Source: a virus
Lineage: Duplodnaviria; Caudoviricetes
Direction: 5' to 3' (one strand)
Virus record (IMG/VR): IMGVR_UViG_3300046780_000444
Span: 1-50,319 of that record
DNA length: 50,319 nt
In this document: positions 1-8,052 of the stretch, piece by piece
How positions within the stretch are numbered: the stretch's first letter is position 1
Layout: every line of letters begins with the position of its first letter
Program-made: the position numbers and the translations under genes
Notes under the pieces: generated by a model
Databases searched by the model: none
What the model saw: only the letters and a program-made list of their open reading frames with translations
Told to the model about the DNA's origin: nothing

Positions 1-699
1 CAGCACCAGGTCTCGCTCGATCTCGGCCGGGTCCGGCATCGAGGTGTCGCTCGTCGTCGACGAAACCACCGGGACCACGGCACCGACGCGCTGCTCGATC
101 TCGATCCAGTCGATGTGCTGAATGCGCGCGCCGGGTTGCCAGTGAACCAGCTTGACCTTGAAGCCCGCAGCGCCGCCGACGCAATGCTCGGCCTTGCCGT
201 TGGTCCCGACGGGTAATCTCACCAGCGTCGTCGGCTTGACGAGGTTATCGCCCGCGCCCAAAGCCCTATACAAGCTCCGCAGCAGGCCCAGGACCCAAGC
301 GCGATCGCTCAGCGGCTCGATGAACCAGCCCGCGTGATAGTTGCCGGGCGAAGTCTCGATGACGTAGTTTGGTCCCACCCCCAGCAGCTGCTCGATCTTC
401 GCTGGATCGACCTTCACGCCGTAGTCGTCGAGCACGATCGCATAGAGCGCATCGAAGTCCGCGCCAGCGCGTCCCCCTCCGGCGCGGGGCAAGCTCAGAT
501 CATAGTAGTTGTTCATTCCGGCGTGCATCACGCCGAGCACGCTCGCTGCGGGGTAGCTCTGCCAGTTGGCGGCCCTCTTGGGGTCTCCCAGGAAGTAGCT
601 CACCAAGGCGTCCACCCAGCGCGCTCCGAATACTGCCCTTAAAAACTGCTCGTTGGTGATCGGAAAAGGCAAAATTCGGGTGTCCACGGGTAGGACCAT
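1..699 (-). CDS. Primase-helicase N-terminal part (RepB-type primase domain), truncated by window edge; diverged copy of 47361..49739
   Basis: Manual translation from ATG 699: MVLPVDTRILPFPITNEQFLRAVFG...AIVLDDYGVKVDPAKIEQLLGVGPNYVIETSPGNYHAGWFIEPL..., open to base 1; aligns with the N-terminus of the primase at the other end. Confidence 0.85.
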   Translation of the reverse strand, partial: MVLPVDTRILPFPITNEQFLRAVFGARWVDALVSYFLGDPKRAANWQSYPAASVLGVMHAGMNNYYDLSLPRAGGGRAGADFDALYAIVLDDYGVKVDPAKIEQLLGVGPNYVIETSPGNYHAGWFIEPLSDRAWVLGLLRSLYRALGAGDNLVKPTTLVRLPVGTNGKAEHCVGGAAGFKVKLVHWQPGARIQHIDWIEIEQRVGAVVPVVSSTTSDTSMPDPAEIERDLVL

Positions 700-864
700 G
701 TTTTTGGCTTTCGATCGGTTGGATGAAACGTCTGTGTCGCGTCGGCGGCGACCCGCGCATCCGCGCATTTTGTTGTGCGCGAGGGTCGCATGACAAAGCT
801 TGCGCCCGGCCCCGGTCGCAGCGCAAGCAGATTTATGGCGATACCGTGGCGTTCCTGTGAAAGC

Positions 865-1030
865 ACGGGGAAGCTTGTATCAGCCCGGGTAATCCATCAT
901 ATTTGTTTCCGGCACTGGCTGTCCCGTCCTCTGGCGGACGGCGAGTTCCTTCTTCGCGGTTGGGGTGGTGCCCGGCCGCGGGGTGTCTAGGTTTTTGCGG
1001 TTTGTGTCGCAGCAACGCAAAGCGAGAAGG
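865..1030. ncRNA. Putative structured RNA/leader element upstream of primase (copy 1)
   Basis: Hairpins GCTGTCC..GGACGGC and CGCGGTTGGG-GTGGTG-CCCGGCCGCG have compensatory counterparts in the right-hand copy. Confidence 0.4.
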
Positions 1031-1034
1031 CGCG

Positions 1035-1262
1035 CTAACCCCGACGGGCTGGCGCGCCTTTTAGCTTCATGTGGCGGCGGATCATCGCGGTTGACCGACG
1101 ATTGCGCGTGCATCGAAATTCGATGCGCCCGCGCTTCACCCGGAAATCGAAATTATGGACGAGGCCGCAGTCGCAGCACGCCATCTTATAGCCGCGACGG
1201 ATTGGCCGCACCCAACGCGACCACCCATCATCGCCCGCAACCTCCTTTATAAAACCAGTCAC
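1035..1262 (-). CDS. Small Cys/His protein (CCDCGLVH), putative zinc-binding
   Basis: GTG start 1262 with purine-rich SD; WVRPIRRGYKMACCDCGLVHNFDFRV; conserved in the right-hand copy. Confidence 0.65.
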   Translation of the reverse strand: MTGFIKEVAGDDGWSRWVRPIRRGYKMACCDCGLVHNFDFRVKRGRIEFRCTRNRRSTAMIRRHMKLKGAPARRG

Positions 1263-1288
1263 GGCGTTCCCTTGCTCCTTCTGCCATG

Positions 1289-1432
1289 TCACGGCCGCTT
1301 CGCGCGCTTGCGCTGGGCTGACGGCTTCTTCGGCGAGAAGAAGCACTCCTTGATGAGAAAAGCGATTGCGCCGATGACGAGGGTGGCGATGAAAAGCCCG
1401 AAAGTCGGCCCGGCTGTCTCGTACCCGTGCAT
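1289..1432 (-). CDS. Small single-pass membrane protein (47 aa)
   Basis: SD AGGAGG before ATG 1432; MHGYETAGPTFGLFIATLVIGAIAFLIKECFFSPKKPSAQRKRAKRP is a hydrophobic helix plus basic tail; not in ORF track. Confidence 0.55.
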   Translation of the reverse strand: MHGYETAGPTFGLFIATLVIGAIAFLIKECFFSPKKPSAQRKRAKRP

Positions 1433-1440
1433 GATGCCTC

Positions 1441-2541
1441 CTATAGGTTGATGACGCTGCGCAGGTGGTCCGGCGTCAGGTGTAGATAATATTTCTCGAT
1501 GGTCTCGATCTTGTCCCCCATCACCTTCGCGATGTCATACAAGCTCGCGCCCTTCATCGCCTTGAGGCTTCCCCAGGTGTGGCGCAGCACATGCGGCGTC
1601 ACCCACGGCGTCTTGCTGGCTTCGACGAAAGCGGCCAAGGGCTTGCTGATGTCGGTCATGCCGACCACTTTGCCCGCGCCGGTACCGCCGTTGCCCCGCT
1701 TATGCGCCGCCTGATGCGCGGCGACGAGCACCGGCATAAGACGATCCGAGATCGGCACACGCACACGGCGCTTCTTCGTGATGCGCTTGCCCGGCACGCG
1801 GTAATCGATTTGCTTCAAGCCCAGATCGACGCGGTCCCAGGTGAGATCGAGGATCGCCTCGCGGCGGGCGGCGGTCTCCAAGCCCAGCGCGATGAACAGC
1901 TTGATGCGCTCGTCGGGCCATGCCATGGCTTGGTCCCAGAGCGCTTGCTCTTGCTTGGTATCGAGGAACTTATCCCGCGGCGGGCCGTCTTGCGGCAGCA
2001 CGCTTTCATCGATCGAAGGCATGTCGTCGCGCGAGAACAGCTTTTGCTTGCCCGCCCAGATGAGAACCGTTCTAAGGGCGCCAAGCTCGCGCCGCACCGT
2101 GCCGCTCTTGACCGGCCGTTGCTGCATATAAGCTTGCAGCGTTTGCGCGTCGATCTGCCCCGGCGTCAGATGCCCCAGCTCGCGCCGCACCGGGACCAGC
2201 ACATAGCCGCCGGTCTTGTCCTTGCCTTGCAGCGCGACATGGTTGAGCCAGCGCTGGCATAGCGCGTCGACGGTCGGCGCTTGCGCTACTTTTGCGGCGG
2301 TTTGCGCGTGTTTGAGGTTTCCGACGAAACCGGCCAGATAAGCTCTAGCCTCGTCCTCGATCTTCGTGCGGCAGCTTTCGCGTTTGGTGAGGTAACTCCC
2401 GCCGGTCCCGTCCCCTTGAAGGACCCCCCGGCGTTCGGTCCACCAGATTTCGTAATATCCTTGTCGGTTGGCCTTGAGCCGGATCTTGCGATAGGAGCCG
2501 ATATCGACGGCATCGAGCGTATGGTTCTGTGGTGCAGCCAT
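1441..2541 (-). CDS. int: Tyrosine recombinase / phage integrase
   Basis: Catalytic motifs TAARREAILDL (R), TKK (K), PHVLRHTWGS (HxxR), VMGD, IEKYYLH (Y). Confidence 0.93.
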   Translation of the reverse strand: MAAPQNHTLDAVDIGSYRKIRLKANRQGYYEIWWTERRGVLQGDGTGGSYLTKRESCRTKIEDEARAYLAGFVGNLKHAQTAAKVAQAPTVDALCQRWLNHVALQGKDKTGGYVLVPVRRELGHLTPGQIDAQTLQAYMQQRPVKSGTVRRELGALRTVLIWAGKQKLFSRDDMPSIDESVLPQDGPPRDKFLDTKQEQALWDQAMAWPDERIKLFIALGLETAARREAILDLTWDRVDLGLKQIDYRVPGKRITKKRRVRVPISDRLMPVLVAAHQAAHKRGNGGTGAGKVVGMTDISKPLAAFVEASKTPWVTPHVLRHTWGSLKAMKGASLYDIAKVMGDKIETIEKYYLHLTPDHLRSVINL

Positions 2542-2678
2542 CTCAAAAATTCTTCCTCTGGAATAAGCACGGGCCGTCCCGGCAACCAGGGCAGCCCCGC
2601 GGTGTATCGCAGCCTTGTGATCTTGGCGACGGAGCAGCGCAGCATAAGCGCGGCTTCGTCTTGGGTGATGTACTTCAT
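2286..2678 (-). CDS. xis: Excisionase-like HTH protein
   Basis: MKYITQDEAALMLRCSVAKITRLR...GLPWLPGRPVLIPEEEFLRWL is the HTH_17/Xis pattern; immediately upstream of int; ORF tail overlaps int by about 256 nt. Confidence 0.75.
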   Translation of the reverse strand: MKYITQDEAALMLRCSVAKITRLRYTAGLPWLPGRPVLIPEEEFLRWLHHRTIRSMPSISAPIARSGSRPTDKDITKSGGPNAGGSFKGTGPAGVTSPNAKAAARRSRTRLELIWPVSSETSNTRKPPQK

Positions 2679-2679
2679 C

Positions 2680-2883
2680 TCATGAAAGGTTGAAGACGCG
2701 CTTCAATTTCTCGCTGTCCGCCGCCTCCCGCGCTTTTTCCTCATGGAGCAGCATTTGGTTAATTTGGATTGCTAGTTCTACGCTGATCATGCGATCGCAT
2801 TGAAAGCGGGCCAAGCCCGTATCCAAGGTGATCTGAAGGAGGCCCGGGGCTTTCTCTTGTCTTTGCATTTGGGTGCGCTTCAT
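2680..2883 (-). CDS. 67-aa stand-alone paralog of the repressor C-terminal domain
   Basis: ATG overlaps the repressor stop (TGATG); PGLLQITLDTGLARFQCDRMISVELAIQINQML aligns with repressor PGVVHITLSPGLLGLARFQCDRMISPELAIEFQHML. Confidence 0.75.
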   Translation of the reverse strand: MKRTQMQRQEKAPGLLQITLDTGLARFQCDRMISVELAIQINQMLLHEEKAREAADSEKLKRVFNLS

Positions 2884-3677
2884 CAATCGCCCCCGCCACG
2901 GCCGCCGACAATCGAGCCTACTTTGTGCGCTTTGTGCGGCGGATCGCCATTGCCATTGTTCTTGTCTACCGAGCCGCCCGCTTGTTTTTTCTCGTCCTCG
3001 GCGAGCATGTGCTGGAACTCGATTGCGAGTTCCGGGCTGATCATGCGGTCGCATTGAAAGCGCGCCAGCCCCAGCAGTCCTGGGGATAAGGTTATGTGTA
3101 CCACGCCGGGGGCGAGGGCGGTGCGGGATGCGCCCGGCTCTACGCGGGCCGGACTGAGCTGGGTCTGCGGTGCGCCGCTCGGCGGCCGCTCGATCGCCAG
3201 GGTCTCGACCGGAACGCCGAGCACATCGGCAAGCTTTTTGAGGTTTATTTCGCCCGGGTAGCTGGTCCCGGCGAGATAATGCCCGATGCGGTCCCGGTTG
3301 CGCGCGACGCTGTAGCCGCGGCTGTCGGTGTTGCTGCCCCAGGTCCGTCTTGCGACTTCGGAAGGGGAGAGATCACGTTCACGCATGAGGGCGTTCAGCT
3401 TTTCAGCGAACGCTTGATACTCAGGCCGAGGCTGAGGTCGATATCTTGTTGTGTGTCGCCTCGTGCGCGCATAATGTTGTGTCTCCCGTTTGCGGCTGTC
3501 CTGCGGGGGAGGTTCTTGCTGTGTTCGTTCGGCTTGGGAGATGTCATTCTGATGAAACACAACGTCTAAGTCTAGCGCTGATTTGTTGTCAGGGGCGTTA
3601 TAATTCCCTATATCAGACTTAGTATCAGGCTTAGTGTCGGTCTTGGTGTCGGCCTTAGTGTCGCGATGCCGGATCAT
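2883..3677 (-). CDS. XRE-family HTH immunity repressor (CI-like, no S24 peptidase domain seen)
   Basis: FAEKLNALMRERDLSPSEVARR...RIGHYLAGTSYPGEINLKKLADVLGVPVETL; start moved to ATG 3677 (SD TAAGGAG); divergent from a cro-like gene. Confidence 0.8.
   Translation of the reverse strand: MIRHRDTKADTKTDTKPDTKSDIGNYNAPDNKSALDLDVVFHQNDISQAERTQQEPPPQDSRKRETQHYARTRRHTTRYRPQPRPEYQAFAEKLNALMRERDLSPSEVARRTWGSNTDSRGYSVARNRDRIGHYLAGTSYPGEINLKKLADVLGVPVETLAIERPPSGAPQTQLSPARVEPGASRTALAPGVVHITLSPGLLGLARFQCDRMISPELAIEFQHMLAEDEKKQAGGSVDKNNGNGDPPHKAHKVGSIVGGRGGGD
3614..3663 (-). repeat. 12-bp tandem repeat encoding DTKx (about 4 copies)
   Basis: GACACTAAGGCC GACACCAAGACC GACACTAAGCCT GATACTAAGTCT on the minus strand. 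Confidence 0.8.
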
Positions 3678-3869
3678 AACAAGCTCCTTAAAGCCTACTT
3701 CGGTTTTGTAATGTGGCGTACCGAGCGGTGTAGGCAGATCGGGTATAGCCCTGATTAGAGATAAACACAACAACTTGTTAAGGGCTGGTGTCAAGCACTA
3801 GTGCGCACAAAGCGGCCGCGACTAGAGCGAGCCTTAGTGCTGAAACCGCGGCAAAGGGGTGTCGAAGTC

Positions 3870-4109
3870 ATGGTTGTTATAGATGTCCAGCATGTTTTTC
3901 GCGTCTGCGGCGGTCCTCGCGGATTGCTGGACGCACTAGACGAGTACCAGCCTGGTCATGGACTAGCTTACGCGACCGTTCAGATGTGGAGCGTGCGGCA
4001 CCAGATCCCGAGCCGCTATATCGGCGCGGTCTTGTATTGCCTTGAGCGCGATGGTCATCGTTGCAGCGAATTTCTAGTCGACCAGGACGAGTTCGAGAAA
4101 AGCCTTTAG
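3870..4109 (+). CDS. Cro-like HTH regulator
   Basis: CGGPRGLLDAL...LAYATVQMWSVRHQIPSRY resembles Cro/YdaS; divergent from the repressor; ATG 3870 preferred. Confidence 0.7.
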   Translation: MVVIDVQHVFRVCGGPRGLLDALDEYQPGHGLAYATVQMWSVRHQIPSRYIGAVLYCLERDGHRCSEFLVDQDEFEKSL

Positions 4110-4122
4110 GCATGCGCACATT

Positions 4123-4611
4123 ATGCGCATCCTAGGGATCGATCCTGGCGCGACCGGAGCCTTTGCCCTTTATGACACCAGCCTTGAAGCGCTGTGGGTT
4201 GATGACATGCCGAGCGCGCGGGTCCTTGTCGGCAAAGCCAAGCGCTTGCAGCTCAACGAGGTCGCGCTGGCGCAGGCGATCGCGTCCGGCGAGCCTGACG
4301 TTGCCTGGATCGAGCGCGTCCATGCGCTGCCCAAGCAAGGCGTGACCAGCTCGTTCTCGTTCGGTCTCGCTTACGGCATCGTGCGCGGCATTCTCGCCAG
4401 CACGGGCGTCCCGTACTTTTTAATTACGCCCCAGGAATGGAAGCGCTCTTTCCGTCTAGGACCAGATAAGAGCGAGGCCCGGCTGGTGGCGTCGAGAATG
4501 TTCCCGGCCAACGTCGCCAGCTTCGCTCGCGCCAAGGATGACGGCCGCGCCGAGGCTGCTTTGCTCGCGCTTTTTGGCTCGCAGCAGCAGAGTGGGCTTA
4601 GTATCACTTAG
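4123..4611 (+). CDS. RuvC-like Holliday junction resolvase
   Basis: MRILGIDPGATGAFA, WIERV, SSFSFGLAYG, PQEWK, DDGRAEAALLA. Confidence 0.88.
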   Translation: MRILGIDPGATGAFALYDTSLEALWVDDMPSARVLVGKAKRLQLNEVALAQAIASGEPDVAWIERVHALPKQGVTSSFSFGLAYGIVRGILASTGVPYFLITPQEWKRSFRLGPDKSEARLVASRMFPANVASFARAKDDGRAEAALLALFGSQQQSGLSIT

Positions 4612-4614
4612 CGC

Positions 4615-4644
4615 TTGACACGAGACACAACGTCGAGACAAAGT
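4615..4644 (+). promoter_or_regulatory. Putative sigma70 promoter with GACACAAC motif in spacer
   Basis: TTGACA-N18-CAAAGT upstream of the helicase; GACACAAC at 4624-4631. Confidence 0.5.
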
Positions 4645-4736
4645 AGCCCCTCGCACCAAGACCTAAGCACGCATCTTCCTGCTCTGGAACTCGGCCCTGA
4701 ACCAACAAAGTGTTGTCGTGGGGAGGCAGCGAACCT

Positions 4737-6218
4737 GTGCGCGAAGCTCCAGCTCCGCTCCGAGACTATCAACGACAGGGCGTGCGCTGGCTGGTCGATA
4801 GCTTTGCCCGGCACCGGGCGCTGCTGAATGCGGACGAGGCGGGGCTTGGCAAGACCCGGGAAGCTTTGGCCGTGGCGCAGCAGCTCAACGTCCAGCGCCT
4901 TCTTATTATCTGCCCCGCGGGAGCCCGCCGCGTGTGGCAGAACGAAATCAACGCCTGGGCCCCGGACTGGTCCTCGCGCGTGGTCCTGGTCGAGCCGCGG
5001 CCGCTGAACGGCGAGATCCAGGCTTTCGAACGGCGCTACCCCATCGATCGGCCCCAGCTGGTCCTGGTCATCAGCTACGACGAGATGTCCAACCGCAACC
5101 GCAAGACGGCGTTCCATTTGCGCCGCCTGCGCTGGGACCTGCTGATCCTCGATGAGGCGCATTACCTCAAGAACCCTTCCAACCGGACCCAGGCGATTTA
5201 CGGCGGCGGGTCGCATACGACGCCGAGCGTGGAGAGCGCGGCAGATAAGGTGCTGCTCCTGACCGGCACACCCTCGCCCAATCACGCGGGCGAGCTATGG
5301 CAGCATTACCGGACCTTTTGGCCGGGAGCGCTCGGGAAGCCGGAGGCGCTCTCTCAGGGCCAGTTCGAGGACCGCTTCACGCGCTACCGCGACACCGTCT
5401 ATGGGCGGCAGATCACCGGCAGCCAAAACCAGGGCGAGCTGCGCAAGGCGCTGGGCCCCATGATCCTGCGCCGCCGCAAGCTTGAAGTGCTGACGGAGCT
5501 GCCGCCTTTGCAAATCCAAGACATCCCGCTCGATCTGGCGGCGCGCATCGATTTCGGCAGCCACACCGTGCGCGCGGCGCAGATCAACGCGGCGCTGGGC
5601 ACGGCAGGCTCCACGGCTGAGGCGATGCACATGCTGCACGCCGCGCCGGACGCGTCCACCGCGGCGCTGCGCCAGATCTTGGGGCTCGCCAAGGTCCCGG
5701 CGACCTTGCTTTGGGTGCAAGAGCGCATGGCGTCGACCAAGAAGCTGCTCGTCTTCGCCTGGCATCACGCGGTGATCGAGCATTTGCGCCGCGGCTTGCT
5801 GGAATACGGTCCCGTGGTCATCACCGGCGAGACCAGCCCCGCGCTGCGCGCCGCGGCGATCGAGCGCTTTCAGACCGACCCCAACACGCGGATCTTCATC
5901 GGCCAGATCCTTGCGGCTGGGACCGCCATCACCCTCACCGCGGCCAGCGAGGTCGCGATCGTCGAGCCGTCATGGGTGCCCGGCGAGAACGTGCAAGCCA
6001 TCTGCCGCGCGCATCGCTTGGGCCAGCGCGACAGCGTGCTGGCGAGCTTCCTCTATCTGCCCGGCACGCTCGATCAACGGATCATGCGGGTCTTTCGACG
6101 GAAGGCCGTCGAGATCGCCGCATTACAAGGAGACGATTTCAATGCAAGTGACGCTCACTTTCGATCTGAACACGGTGGTCGGGGAGCAGCTGCTCCAACA
6201 GCTGCAGGCGCTGCTTAA
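4737..6218 (+). CDS. SNF2-family (SF2) helicase
   Basis: LRDYQ, ADEAGLGKT, LILDEAHYLKN, LLTGTP, QAICRAHRLGQ; GTG 4737 after GGAGG. Confidence 0.92.
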   Translation: MREAPAPLRDYQRQGVRWLVDSFARHRALLNADEAGLGKTREALAVAQQLNVQRLLIICPAGARRVWQNEINAWAPDWSSRVVLVEPRPLNGEIQAFERRYPIDRPQLVLVISYDEMSNRNRKTAFHLRRLRWDLLILDEAHYLKNPSNRTQAIYGGGSHTTPSVESAADKVLLLTGTPSPNHAGELWQHYRTFWPGALGKPEALSQGQFEDRFTRYRDTVYGRQITGSQNQGELRKALGPMILRRRKLEVLTELPPLQIQDIPLDLAARIDFGSHTVRAAQINAALGTAGSTAEAMHMLHAAPDASTAALRQILGLAKVPATLLWVQERMASTKKLLVFAWHHAVIEHLRRGLLEYGPVVITGETSPALRAAAIERFQTDPNTRIFIGQILAAGTAITLTAASEVAIVEPSWVPGENVQAICRAHRLGQRDSVLASFLYLPGTLDQRIMRVFRRKAVEIAALQGDDFNASDAHFRSEHGGRGAAAPTAAGAA

Positions 6219-6696
6219 ACCGGGCCCTACGCTGGGACCAATTCCGCTGGGACCGGCGATCGCCGCGACCCCCGTGGTCCCCGTGGTCCCCGTGGTCCCG
6301 GATCTTCCGGCGGACAAAACCAAAGCCGACACGGTCCTGGCAAATCGCCAGGCTGCAGCCGCCAAAGCACGCGCGGCGAAGGACGCGAAGAAAGCCGCGG
6401 GACCGCAAGTGCAGTCTGCGACCGGGACCGCCGAACTCAACGGCGTGCTCAAGGATGCGCTCGCCGACGATGATCCGCTTGAGTTTCCCGAGGCCGCCAG
6501 CATGAGCCCCGGTGAGGCTCGCGATGCTGGCCTCGCGCTGGTCCGGCAAGCTTATGCCGCGGGCCGTGTCGCCGAGGTCAAGGCGCTGCAGAAGCAATGG
6601 CAGGTCGCGAAGTTCTACGACATCGCGGTCGAGCAGGGCCACGCGTTCTACGCCCAAGCCATGAAGCTCGCTCAAGCCGCGGGGCTGCAGCGATGA
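6142..6696 (+). CDS. Hypothetical protein (Ala/Pro-rich, helical C-terminus)
   Basis: SD AAGGAG then ATG 6142; usual position upstream of a DUF2800 gene. Confidence 0.7.
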   Translation: MQVTLTFDLNTVVGEQLLQQLQALLKPGPTLGPIPLGPAIAATPVVPVVPVVPDLPADKTKADTVLANRQAAAAKARAAKDAKKAAGPQVQSATGTAELNGVLKDALADDDPLEFPEAASMSPGEARDAGLALVRQAYAAGRVAEVKALQKQWQVAKFYDIAVEQGHAFYAQAMKLAQAAGLQR

Positions 6697-6911
6697 CCGG
6701 GCGCGTCATGCAGATCGCGGCAGTCGCGACGACAACGCGCGAAGTGCTGTTCGCGTTGACGACTGACGGCGAGGTCTGGGCGCGCGCTGGCTTCGACGGG
6801 ACCTGGCGGCGCTTGCCGGATATCGATCCCCGTAAACCTGAGCCGACGCCGACGACAACAGGTTCCCCACCAACAGCGTATCAAGCCGCGGGTCACGATC
6901 ACGATGGGTGA
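6693..6911 (+). CDS. Hypothetical protein
   Basis: ATGA overlap with upstream stop; LFALTTDGEVWAR...WRRLPDI. Confidence 0.6.
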   Translation: MTGRVMQIAAVATTTREVLFALTTDGEVWARAGFDGTWRRLPDIDPRKPEPTPTTTGSPPTAYQAAGHDHDG

Positions 6912-8052
6912 GCACTCGCTCTTAGGCGCTTCCGGCGACTATCGTTGGCTGGCTTGTCCCGGCAGCTACGCTTTGAGCAAGACCGCGCCGCCGCGGCCGT
7001 CCTCGATCTACGCCGCGACCGGGACCTTGGCGCACTCTTATATCGAGAACGCGGTCAAGGCAGGCAAGAGCGAGCTTGATCCCGGCATGCTCGGTGAGAT
7101 GTGGCAGGCCGAGGGCCATATCGGCGTCATCGATCAGGACTTCATCGATGGCGTCAACGTGATGCTCGCTTATATCAACGTCCCCGCCGAGTGGAAGCGG
7201 GTCGAGTTCCGCGTCGACCTCGATCGGTATTTCCAGCGCAGTCCCCCGCCGGAGCCGCTGTTCGGCACGGTCGACGCCGCGCTGCTGCACGATCGCGAGA
7301 CCTTGGAGATCGTCGATTACAAGAACGGCGCGGGCGTCGTGGTCTCGCCGGTCGAGAACCCGCAGCTGCTCTATTATGCGGCCGGTGTGATGCTGCATCT
7401 GCCGCCCGCGCAGCGCGAGATGGTGCAGGTCATAAAACTTACCATCGTGCAGCCGCATGTGCCGCGCGCCGCGCCGGTCTGGTCCTGGGAGACGACGCCC
7501 TTGGACCTGCTGATGTGGATCGACGATGTGCTGGTCCCGGGCGTTGAAGCTTGCGCGCAGCCCGATGCGCCTTTGCATAGCGGCGCGTGGTGCAGGTTCT
7601 GTCCCGTGGCGCATGCTTGTCCCAAGCTCTACGAGGCGGCGGTTGCGATGGCGCAGCATGAGTTCGAGCCTTTCATCGAGGCCGCGGTCACAACGGGATC
7701 GCCTCTGCCGCAGCTCGCTTCGGCGCTCGATATCGCCGAGCTGGCGCAGCTATGGATCGATCGCATTCAGGAGTTCGCGCTCGATCGGCTCAAGCACCAG
7801 GAGCGTATCCCCGGCTGGGGACTGGTCCCGACGCGGCCGATGCGCCAGTGGAAGGATGAGAACGAAGCCGCCGCGGTCCTGCTCAGTAGGTTCGGCCCGA
7901 CGGTATGGGAGAGCAGGCTGCGCTCGCCTGCTCAGGTCGAGAAAGCCTACAGCGCGCGCGCGCTCGTCGCGACGCTTGTCGAAAGCGTCTCGTCGGGCGT
8001 GAAGATCGCCAGGACCACCCCGGCGCAAGAGGATTTCAGCGATGTCGAGTAA
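6904..8052 (+). CDS. DUF2800 / Cas4-like PD-(D/E)XK exonuclease
   Basis: HSLLGAS..RWLACPGS, GTLAH, FGTVDA, IVDYKNGAG, QLLYYA, WCRFCP...CP. Confidence 0.88.
   Translation: MGEHSLLGASGDYRWLACPGSYALSKTAPPRPSSIYAATGTLAHSYIENAVKAGKSELDPGMLGEMWQAEGHIGVIDQDFIDGVNVMLAYINVPAEWKRVEFRVDLDRYFQRSPPPEPLFGTVDAALLHDRETLEIVDYKNGAGVVVSPVENPQLLYYAAGVMLHLPPAQREMVQVIKLTIVQPHVPRAAPVWSWETTPLDLLMWIDDVLVPGVEACAQPDAPLHSGAWCRFCPVAHACPKLYEAAVAMAQHEFEPFIEAAVTTGSPLPQLASALDIAELAQLWIDRIQEFALDRLKHQERIPGWGLVPTRPMRQWKDENEAAAVLLSRFGPTVWESRLRSPAQVEKAYSARALVATLVESVSSGVKIARTTPAQEDFSDVE

Larger units (their letters stand above)
1..1239 (+). repeat. Left copy of imperfect terminal redundancy (homologous to 49041..50319)
   Basis: 1133-1239 is identical to 50213-50319; 1068-1132 differs at 2 positions; further left the homology is clear but diverged with indels. 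Confidence 0.95.

Noticed and set aside
455-500. Suspected frameshift in the left primase copy at a C-run
   Set aside because: Recounting gives GGA GGG GGA CGC; the frame stays open and aligns with the right copy
6904-8052. Cas4 as part of a CRISPR system
   Set aside because: Context (SSB, PolA, helicase) is the standard phage DUF2800 replication module
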